Shown here: piece after piece, positions 53,603-64,000 of the stretch
Layout: every line of letters begins with the position of its first letter
Numbering within the stretch: position 1 is the stretch's first letter
Assembly: GCF_009914755.1 (NCBI RefSeq)
Contig: NC_060932.1
Reading direction: 5' to 3' (one strand)
DNA from: the human T2T-CHM13v2.0 reference genome, Homo sapiens
Length of the DNA stretch: 64,000 nucleotides
Program-made: the position numbers and the translations under genes
Notes under the pieces: model-generated
Databases searched by the model: none
Told to the model about the DNA's origin: nothing
What the model saw: the letters and a program-made list of their open reading frames with translations, nothing else

Positions 53603-55522
53603 ACAATGAGAACACATGGACATAGGAAGGGGAACGTCACACTCCGGGGCCTGTTGTGGGGTGGGGATAGTGGGGAGGGATAGCATTAGGAGATATACCT
53701 AATGCTAAATGATGAGTTAATGGGTGCAGCACACCAACATGGCACATGTATACATATGTAACTAACCTGCACATTGTGCGCATGTACCCTAAAACTTAAA
53801 GTATAATAATGATAAAACTTAAAAAAAAAGAAAAAAAGAAAAATCCCTTCTACAATGTCAAGAAAATCCTTTCTACAATATTAATTATCAATAAAACCAA
53901 GATGTCAAATGTTTAGCTCAGCTAAATATAGCCCACTGATAATGAAGTTAAGACCATAAGTTTAAACATTATTTTTGCCCTTTTGTTTTTGCTAGGTTCT
54001 ATGGACATAGGCTGCTCTCCAAATTCTCATCAATCATGAAGCAACTTGAGTATTTACTGTCTATTATTCTTCCTATATGTATTCTTCTAGCACAGTTCTT
54101 TGCACATAATATCCAGTAAATATATATTAGTTGAATGAATCAACATTTTTCATGCATGTAAAGCATTTGCCATCAGAAAGTGGTTAAAAGGCTCAAATTA
54201 GCAATTACTAGCATATTAGATGTAAATGTAATATATGAACGTGTTGTCAATATATATAGAGATGCCACTACAACATAGAAGACTAAATTTATAAAATTAT
54301 TCAGCATAAAATTATGTGTTAGAAGGATTAAAAATTATCTAGTCCCACCCCTTCCTTTCACAAACTCTGTAACTGAGGCCTATGCACATGAACATAAATC
54401 ATTTCAGAGTGGTTTGCATATTGGAGAGTGCCATAAATTTCAAACTCTAGCTTTTCCATGCATCTTTTGTAAAAAGTCCTCACAGATCTTGTGTCTTACT
54501 GACCAAGTAATACGGCAAGAATTAGAAGATAAAAGGAAAACTTTGAAATAATCATTTGACTCTCAGAAATACATTGAATATCTTGGACCCACTAAGCAGA
54601 ATTCAGAGTAGAAATCAGTATTTCATGTTAATATATCCTGTCTCTCAAGAACTAATAAAGTTGGAATAGGTGGACCACACCTCCAATGTATTTGAAGATA
54701 ATAGAATCAGTGAGACAGCCCAGTATCATCTCCAACTAAAATGGGAGCCTTTTACAATAAGAATTATTTAAACCACTGTAAACAACTAGGAATCAAAGTA
54801 AGGATAGAAATCACATTTTGCTCTCCTTTCACAAAGCAGCTGAAGAATATTATGGTGCTATTTCAATAAGAATAACACCACACTGATAACAGACTCTATT
54901 CAAAATTTAATAAAGCATTACTCTCTTAATCAAAACATGACTATGAAGCTTCAGAGACATGGACTGTCTCTGAAAAGCAGAATAATGTGAACAAAAGAGA
55001 AATGGAACTGTGTCTGAATATCAACTCTACAAAACAAATAACATCTCGTTACACATGCAGCAATTAAAGGCAGGAACTTAAACCCATTCTCGATTTACCT
55101 TTGTCAAGCTCCTGAACAGGGAAAAGTTTGAATTATAAAACCAAAGCAGGTACAGGGCAAAAATCAATTGAGCAATAAAGTTTTATACACATATGTTACT
55201 ATAATATGTGTTTTTTGCCTATGCTGCAGATATTATGTACATAATATTTTGTCCAACGCATATAGATTATACATGCATATATGTAAGACAGCATTCAAAA
55301 TTTATAATTATAAATGTAAAGAAAATAAACTTTGATTTAGAATTGTATAAGTAATTCGTGGACACCAAAAGTTTTCCTTCTATAAATGTACTGAGTAAAG
55401 AAACCTTATCTGAAATCATACTTCTAGGGTCTAATTTTTGACTCTACAACTTATGGATTGAATTTAGGATAAAATTTAAATATTTTTCTCATGGGCAAAA
55501 TTAAGATAATAATAGTGCCTAT

Positions 55523-55830
<308 letters not shown>

Positions 55831-56465
55831 ATAGTGCCCAGCTCACAGAGTTACAAAAATTTAATAAAGTAATGCTTAAAACTGATAAATTCACTATCAC
55901 TATTCAGAAAATAGAATTTATTGAAGATTTTTAGAAATAAAAGTTGGCTAAGAAAGCTTTAATTCCATTAATGAATATATCATGATAGTCACTGAAACTG
56001 AATGTGGTTCTTCTGATTTATTCTAATCTCTAAATAATATATATATATTTAAAATTTACAACGTTGGTCTTCAAAGCTATGAGTATATTTATACAGGTCC
56101 AATCAGGTTTTAATAATGCCATTATAACATCTGTTTTCATCTTTAGCTCATATTAACACTCTTTTTGCTCATTTTGCTCATGTGGACAATGAATTACACT
56201 GGATTAGAAATTTTACCTAACATAAATTCATAGGCTTAAATAGAGTTTATGTGTTTAATAGCTGTGCAATATCAAATATGTGTTTTTCAAACTGCTTTTA
56301 CTGCTCTGATTAAAATTGTTTTTCAATTTCTGGGGCAATTCTTCTTTAGATATTTTGCTAGTCAGTAGCTCCATAATTTTATAATTATCTAGCCTATCCC
56401 TAAGACTTGGGAAAAAATCAAGCTCTCTATAAATTTAATAAAATGTCAGTTCTTGCTATTAGATC

Positions 56466-57014
56466 TGTGAAAAGCAGCATGTGAGTCATCTTGGGCAAGA
56501 ATTAGACAGCAAGCCGTCAAAGTAGGGGAAGGTAAACACAGTTATAGCAAACACTGCCAGGTATATGGGATATATGGAGAAAGTTTGTGTGGCAAATGGA
56601 GCTGAGAGTTGTCAGATTTAAACAAGGTTTGGGGTCATCTTGCTTCATGCACAAAAAAGAAGGCCCTGAGCATCCGGAATGTGACAGATAGATGGGCTGC
56701 ATTCAAAAGGGAGATGTGGTCTCCTTACAGCCAGAATGAATGAGTAAAATTTTAGAAAGTTTTGTGAGAGTCTTGCTTCTCTTTCCCATCAAGTCTCTTA
56801 ACTAATAACCTCTTATTTGCTGCAATCTCATGGAAGGACAACAACACTGTATTTACAACTCTACAGTTGTGTTGTTCAACTATGTAGTCATAGTCATTGT
56901 AGTTGTTCTGTTACCACTTTTCTTCTCATGCACATTCTACTGGAATCTTGAAGCCCTACTAACCCTTTGAAATAAAACCTTAACATCTCTATGATCTCAT
57001 TATTCTTTCTTACA
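56466..57014 (+). mobile_element. Possible ancient LTR (family not identified)
   Basis: Starts 'tgtga', purine-rich body, ends 'aataaaacc...ttaca'; LTR-like layout only. Confidence 0.3.
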
Positions 57015-57294
57015 CAGATCTTTATAAGGTTCCTTTCTTCAAAATGTACCTAGCCCGTGTGCCGTTTCTTCTGAATTTGTTGTCTGTAAGATGATTTCTC
57101 CACCCAGGTATTCAATCAGTCAGCCCATCCCTCACTTGATTATTCAACAGAGCATAATACTATGAGCACTGGAGGCAGAGAGCAGCATAACAAGAACCCT
57201 GCTGTCATGGAGTGACATTCCAACAATGGGACAATAGAGAGAGAAAAGGGTCTCTGCTTGGTTTGGGTGGTCAGAGAAGTCTTCACTGTGATGC

Positions 57295-58081
57295 TACATT
57301 AATTTGTTAGGGCTGCCATACTATAGTACCACAGCCAGAGTGGCTTAAACAACAGAAATGTGTTTTCTCACAATTCTGAAGGCTAGAAATCCAAGATCGA
57401 AGTGTCAGCAGGGTTGGTTTATTCTTAGGTTTCTCTCCTTCACTTGTAGATGGCTATCTTCTCCCTGGGTTTTCACATCATCATCTTTTTATGAGTGTCT
57501 ATGTCCTAATCCCCTCTTCTTATAAGGACACCAGTTATACTCAGTTAAAGTTCACCCTAATTAATTCCTTTTAGCTTAATTACTTCTGTAAACACCTTAT
57601 CTCCAAATACAGTCACTATTACAAACTGAATTGTGCTCCCCTCACCAAGAAAAGTCATATGTTGAAGCCCTAATCCCCAATGTAATTGTATTTGGAGAAA
57701 AAGCCCTCAGAGAAGCAATTCAGGTTAAATGAGAACCTAAGGATGGGGCCCTAAACCAATATGACCTGTGTCCTTGTAAGAAGAGAAAGAGACACCAGAG
57801 GTATATCCACACAGAAGAAAGTCTATGTTAGAATGCAGCAATAAGGTGGCCACCTGTAAGTCAAGGAGAAAAGTCTTAGGAAAAACTAACACTTCTCACA
57901 CCTTGATCTTGGACTTCAATCCTCCAGAATCATAAGAGAATAAATTTCTGTTGTTAAAGCTATCCAGTCTGTAATATTTTATTACAGTAGCTCTAGCAGA
58001 CTAACACAGTCACATTCTGACTTACTAGAGTTTAGGACTTCAACATATGAATTTGCGGGGAACACAATTTAGCCTGTAACA
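57295..58081 (-). mobile_element. MLT1B-type LTR (57295-57616 and 58009-58081)
   Basis: 'tagggctgccata...gtggcttaaacaacagaaat...tcttataaggacaccagt...ctccaaatacagtcac|attctga...aggacttcaacatatgaattt'. Confidence 0.85.
57617..58008 (+). mobile_element. MLT1A0-type solo LTR inside the MLT1B
   Basis: 'actgaattgtgctcccc...tcatatgttgaagccctaatccccaatgt...ctagcagactaacaca'; 5-bp TSD gtcac at 57612-57616 and 58009-58013. Confidence 0.88.
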
Positions 58082-59710
58082 GATGGCTACCTATGAGCCA
58101 AGGCTAATGAAGAGGCAAAGCCAGTCCTGTAACTAATTACAAGTGTACCAAATAGTATGGAAACACCCTCAAGACAGGAAAGAACTCCCTCAAATGCAAG
58201 GTGGTTCATTCAGAAGTCCAGTGTACCTAGAACAAAATAAGTGAGCGGAAGAGTGGTAAGTGACAAGGTCAAAAATGGGAGGCAAGGTCAGGTCACGTAG
58301 GACTGTGCAGGACAAGGCAGGGAGTTTGAATCTCACTGAAGTGGTGACACCCTTGGATAATCTTCCATAGAAGAGTTAAATAATATGGTTTCATTCATTT
58401 TAAAATATCATCTTTTTCTTGATATATAGGCTAAGTTGCAAATGGACTAAAATAAAAGAGCCAAGCACAGTTAGGAAGGGATTGATGAATCTAGAAGGAG
58501 ATCTAGAAAGAACTAGATCTAGAAAGGACTAGAAGGAGATGATAGAGACAAAAATAAGTAGATAGATTTAAGATATTTTTTGATAGAAGAGCCCTGAATA
58601 GTTGCTGATGGATTAGATATTAGGGATGAAGGAAAGTGTGTTAACAGATGATTTACAGGTTTTTGGCTTGAGCAATTGAGTAGATAGTAGGGGTATTTTA
58701 TTGAAGAAGACAGAGGAGGAACAAACTTGATGGAAAGGGTGGAAGACAAACCAGTTCAACTTGTTAAGAATAATATTGTAAATCTTCCTTAGTGAGTCAG
58801 CTGACCAAATCACATGGTTTTGTTGTTGTTGTTTTGTCTTTAGTAAACATCTAGATTTGAACTATGGGACTTATTACTAATGACTATCTTTGATAAATGT
58901 TGCTCAGGTCCAAATTCCTTTTAATGTTTCTTCTCTTATTTTATTTCATGATGTGCACAGTCTTCTGGTTGTTCTCCAGAAGTATAATTCCCATATGTAA
59001 CTTTGTTCTTGTGGAAAGTCAGTTTTGGATTGCGCTGTTCAAAATAAACTTCCAGAAATGGAAACTAGGTTTGTTTAGATAAATGTACCACATATATGAG
59101 TTATAATTGTATATGGAAAAATTAAATATACAGTGATCCCTTTCTATAGAATGTAGTAGGCTTAATAATACTTGATGCAAATTCACCATTTGAGGAACCA
59201 TCAAGCTTTTAAAATTAATTCTGTTAAAGCATAATATAAAGATGTTCCATTTTTAAAAACTAGATGATGGTGCTCACACACTTCTTTTACTAGCAGCATC
59301 TCTCTTCAATTTTCTTTTGAATTTTTGAATAATTTTTAATTCGAAGGAAAGTGGTTATAAGCACAATGAAGGAATAGTAATCCTTTAAATTACAGGGCAC
59401 ATGAGGATCCTATCAGGGTAGTGACAGGGTCAGATTCATATTTTAGATGAACTTTTCTGAGGCCTGTGGAGGAATGTATGGAAATTGAAAATATTGGCAG
59501 CATGGAAACCAATGAAAGTGTCCCAGCAGTGTTGTGCAGGAGACATAAACAAGGAGGAACTAAATAAGAGCATGGAATATAGGTGGTAGAGACAGGAAGA
59601 AAACAATGAAAAAATATTTCTCATAAAACATAAAATTAGAAGCACTAAGTGACTAATTGCTAGGTTTTTACTTTGAGTGATGGTATGTTGGATAATGCCA
59701 CCAAGTGAAA

Positions 59711-59713
59711 TAG

Positions 59714-59782
<69 letters not shown>

Positions 59783-59817
59783 AAGAAGGAAGGAAGGAAG
59801 GTAAGAGAAAGAGAGAG

Positions 59818-59864
<47 letters not shown>

Positions 59865-59877
59865 AAAGAAAGAAAGA
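59711..59877. repeat. (GAAA)n/(GGAA)n compound purine microsatellite
   Basis: Read directly; lies inside an antisense L2 remnant (~59590-60250). Confidence 0.97.
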
Positions 59878-60150
59878 TTTCCAGTTTCATCCATGTCCCT
59901 ACAAAGGACATGAACTCACTCATAGGTGGGAATTGAACAATGAGAACACATGCACACAGGAAGGGGAACATCACACTCTGGGGACTGTTGTGGGGTGGGG
60001 GGAGGGGGGGATAGCTTTAGGAGATATACCTAATGCTAGATGATGAGTTAATGGGTGCAGCACACCAGCATGGCACATGTATACATATGTAACTAACCTG
60101 CACATTGTGCACATGTACCCTAAAACTTAAAGTATAATAATAATAAAATA
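59878..60150 (+). mobile_element. Short 5'-inverted (twin-primed) L1PA3-like insertion
   Basis: 59878-59918 is antisense L1 3' sequence; 59915-60150 is the sense 3' end with A-tail; TSD aaaagaaagaaaga at 59864-59877 and 60151-60164. Confidence 0.92.
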
Positions 60151-60254
60151 AAAAGAAAGAAAGAAAGAAAACAAAAAAAGAACATAAATGCTGGAGGTAG
60201 AGATGAGAGTGAAAGTAATTAATTGTTTTTTAAATAGGTTGAAATGTTAAAGCA

Positions 60255-63200
60255 CGAGTAGCTATACTTACGTCAGATGAAATAGATTTTGGTCAAACAC
60301 AGTAAAAAAAAAAGACAACGAAAGTTAATTCCTAATAAAAAAGGAATTAATTCAGCAAGAGGATATAACAATTCTAGACATGTATGAACCCAACAGTGAA
60401 ACACCAAATTTATAAAGCAAATATTAGTAGATCTAAACAGAGTGATAGACTCTAATACAATAATAGCTAGGAACTTCAACACCTGACCCTCAGCATTAGA
60501 CAGATCACCTAAACAGAAAATTAACAGAGAAACATTGGATTTATACTGTATATTAAACCAAGTAGACCTAACATATTTACAGAACATTTCATCCAACAGC
60601 TACAGAATACACATTCTTTCCACCAGCCCACAGAACATTCTTCAAGATATACCATATGTTAGGACACAAAATATATCCTGACAAATTAAAAACTATGAAA
60701 ATCATGTCAAGTATTTTCTCAGACCACAATGAAATAAAAGCAGAAATCAACACCAAGAAGAACTTTGGAAACTATACAAATACATGAAAATTAAACAACA
60801 TGTTCCTGAATGAGTTTTAGGTTGAGGTGGCAGTTAAAAAAAATTAAAAATAAAAAAATGAAAAAATTCTTTAAAAAAAAGGAAAAACACAATGTACCAA
60901 AACCTATGTAATATAAGAAAAGCAGTGTTAATAAGAAAGTCTATAGCAATGAATGCCTATATCAATAAATAGAAAGATTTTAAATAAAGAATCTAATAAT
61001 GTACCTTAAGGAACTAGAAAAGCAAGAACAAACCAAACCCCAAATTAGTAGAAGAAAATAAATAATAAAGATTAGAGCAGAACTAAATGAAATAGAGACT
61101 AAAAAATACAAAGGATCAACAAAATGAAAAGCTGGCTTTTGGTAGAGATCTACAAAGCTGGCAAACCATTTGGTAGATCAAGAAAAAAAAGAGAGGAGAC
61201 CCAAATAAGCAAAATAAAAATGGAGACACTGCACCTGATAGCACAGAAAGATCATTAGGCACTATTATGAACAATTACACATGAACAAACTAAAAAACCT
61301 AAAGGAAATGGATAAATTTCTGGTCACATACAACCTACTATAATTAAGTCAGGGAGAAATAGAAAATGTGAACAGACCAATAATGAGTAATAATATTGAA
61401 TCAATAACAAAAATCTACCAACAAAGGAAAGCCCAGGAACAGATGATTTCACTGCCAAATTCTACCAAATTTCAAGAAAAAAAATCCTAACATCAATTTT
61501 CTCAACCTATTTCAACAAATAGAAAAGGAGGGAATTCTCCCTAATTGATTCAACAAATCAAGAATTACCCTGATCCCAAAACCAGACAAGGAAGCAACAA
61601 CAACAACAAGAAAGAAAACTACAGGTCAGTAAATCTGTTGAACATAGATACAAAAATTTTCAACAAACTTAGCAAACTGAATCAAATAGCACATAAAGAA
61701 AATAATATGCCATATCAAGTGAGATCTATCCTAGGAATCCAAGGATGGTTTAATGCATGCAAATCAATAAATGTAATACATTAATGAAATGAAGGACAAA
61801 AACTATATCATCATCTCAATAGGTGCAGAAAAAGCATTTGATAGAATTCAAAATCATGTCATGATGAAAACTCTCAACAATCTAGGCATAGAGGAAACAT
61901 ACCTCAATATTATGAAGACCATATATGACAAACCTACAGCTAACATAATACTTAATGGAGAAAACATGAAAGCCTTTCCTCTAAGAACTGGAACAAGACA
62001 AAGATGACCACTTTTACCACTCTTATTCAATGTAGTACTGGAAGTCCTACACAGAGCAATCAGTCAAGAGAGCAATGCAAATTAGAAAAGAACAAGTCAA
62101 ACACTGTCTATCCATCTTTGCTGATGATATTATCTTAGATCTAGAAAAACCTAAAGACTCCACCAAAAAAAAAAATCTTAGATCTGATAAATAAATTCAG
62201 AAAAGTTACAGGATACAAAATCAGCATAGGGAAATTAGTAATGTTTCTATATACAAATAATAAACTAACTGAGGAAGAAATCAAGAAAGTGATCCCATTT
62301 ACAATAGCTATAAAGATACCTAGGAATAAATGCAACCAAAGAAGTGAAAGGTAACTACAACAAAAAATACAAAACGCTGGTGAAAGTAATTAAAGAACAC
62401 ACAAACAAATGGAAAGACATTCCATATTCACAGATCAGAAAAAGTAATAATATTAAAAGGCCCATAGCGATTTACAAATTCAATGCAGTCAGTATCAAAA
62501 TACAAACATTGTTTTTCACAGAAATAGATAAAAACAATATCAACATTTGTATGGAACCAAAAAAGAGCCTGAGTAGCCAAAGCAATTCTGAGCAAAACTG
62601 GAAGCGTCACACTATCTGAACTCAAAATACATTACAAGGCTACGGTAGCAAAAACAGCACTCTATTGGTATAAACACAGACACATAGACCAATAAAACAG
62701 AATAAAGAATACAGAAATAAATATACATATTTACAGCCAACTGATTTTTGACAAAAATGCCAAGAGCATATATTGGGGAAAGCACTCTCTCTTCAATAAA
62801 TGAAACTAAGAATGTTAGATGTCCATAGCAGAAGAATGAATTTGGACTGCTATCTCTCACCACACAAAAATCATGTCAAGATGGATTAAAAACTTAAACA
62901 TAAGACTTGGAACTATGAAATTACTAGAAGAAAACATAGGGGAAAGACTTCCGAATGTTGGTCTAGGCAAATATTTCATGGCTGAGACTTTAAAACATAG
63001 ACAACAAAAACAGGCAAATGGGACAATATAAAATGCTTCTGCACAGTGAAGGAAATAATCAACTAAGTGAAAAGAAAAAATAGCAATGGGATAAAATATT
63101 TGCAAACCATTCATCCAACAAAAGACTAATATCCAGAAGGAACACCACTCAACAGTAAAAAAATAACAATAATCCAATAAAAAGGGGACAAAGGACTTGA

Positions 63201-63810
63201 ATAGATATTTCTCATAGGAAGATATACAAATAGCCAACAGGTATATGAAAAAATCGTCAATATTAATTATCATCAGGGAAATGCAAATCAAAACCACAAT
63301 GAATTGTCATCCCAGTTACAATTACTATTACTAAAAAGGCAAATAAAATAACTGATGTGGTGAGAACACAGATAAAAGGGAGCTCTGTTGGTGGGAATGC
63401 AAATTAGGACAGCCACTATGGAAAACAGTATGGAGATTCTTAAAAATCTAAATAGAACTACCATAAAATCTAGCAAGTCCCCTACTGGGTATTCATCTAA
63501 AGGAAAGGAAATCAACTTATTAAAGGGATACCTGCACTCATATGTTTATTTCAACACTATTCACAATAGCAAAGATATGGAATCAACCTAAGTATCTATC
63601 TCCAGATGAATAGATAAAGAAAATGTGGTATATATGGGATACTATTCAGCCATAAAAAAGAATAAAATTACATTATAGATATAATGGGGGATTATTATGT
63701 TAAGTGAAATAAGCCAGGCACAGAGCAACAACTTTTGCATGTCCTCACTCATATGTGGGAGCTAAAAAATTTGGTTTCATGGAGGTAGAGAATAGAATGA
63801 TAGATACTAA
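60255..63810 (+). mobile_element. 5'-truncated old L1 (L1MA1-3-like), ORF2 and start of 3' UTR
   Basis: Decayed ORF2 fragments ([14 protein letters not shown]...[10 protein letters not shown]); 'aataagccaggcacag...ctcactcatatgtgggagctaaaaa'. Confidence 0.88.
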
Positions 63811-64000
63811 GGATGGGCGCGATGGCTCATGCCTGTAATCCCAGAACTTTAGGAGGCCAAGGCTGGCAGATCACTTGAGGTCAGGAGTTTGAGACCAGCC
63901 TGATAAACATGGTGAAACTCCATCTCTACTAAAGATACAAAAAATTAGATGGGCGTGGTGGCACATGCCTGTAATCCCAGCTACTCGGGAGGCTGAGACA
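63811..64000 (+). mobile_element. AluS, running off the window end
   Basis: 'ggatgggcgcgatggctcatgcctgtaatcccag...gatcacttgaggtcaggagtttgagacc'. Confidence 0.93.

Larger units (their letters stand above)
57105..58800 (-). mobile_element. L2, antisense, hosting nested MLT1 LTRs
   Basis: 'gggtggtcagagaagtcttc', 'gcagggagtttgaatc' and 'caggtttttggcttgagcaattg'. Confidence 0.75.

Noticed and set aside
58488-58545. Short repeated 'ctagaa' motifs
   Set aside because: Local slippage within a decayed L2; too short and irregular to imply function.
59436-59974. Phe/Ser/Leu-rich and Lys/Glu/Arg-rich ORFs
   Set aside because: Translations of the (GAAA)n microsatellite.

Overview
This is primate, most likely human, AT-rich, repeat-dense genomic DNA, either intergenic or deep intronic. 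I recognise no host protein-coding exon, RNA gene or prokaryote-type system; every long ORF in the track is a broken L1 ORF1/ORF2, an Alu/LTR read-through or a simple repeat. Four large L1s lie on the + strand: a near full-length old L1MA4A-like copy (5483-12180), two full-length but inactivated L1PA copies (29143-35281, 47680-53836) and an L1MA-type ORF2 remnant (60255-63810). Around them are Alus, MIRs, L2s, MaLR/ERVL LTRs, a nested stack of DNA transposons and microsatellites. The most notable observations are: (1) a candidate L1 5' transduction carrying an LTR10-like fragment; (2) a provirus-like element with mismatched LTRs (MLT2 at 5', MLT1A0 at 3'); (3) a 99-nt, in-frame, (UG)n-flanked minus-strand exon candidate with TDP-43 cryptic-exon architecture; (4) a tiny twin-primed L1PA3 inside a GAAA repeat; (5) two young tandem duplications of 114 and 51 bp. 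Subfamily names come from my recollection of consensus sequences and need confirming with RepeatMasker/Dfam. I cannot support a genuinely new biological system from this sequence.
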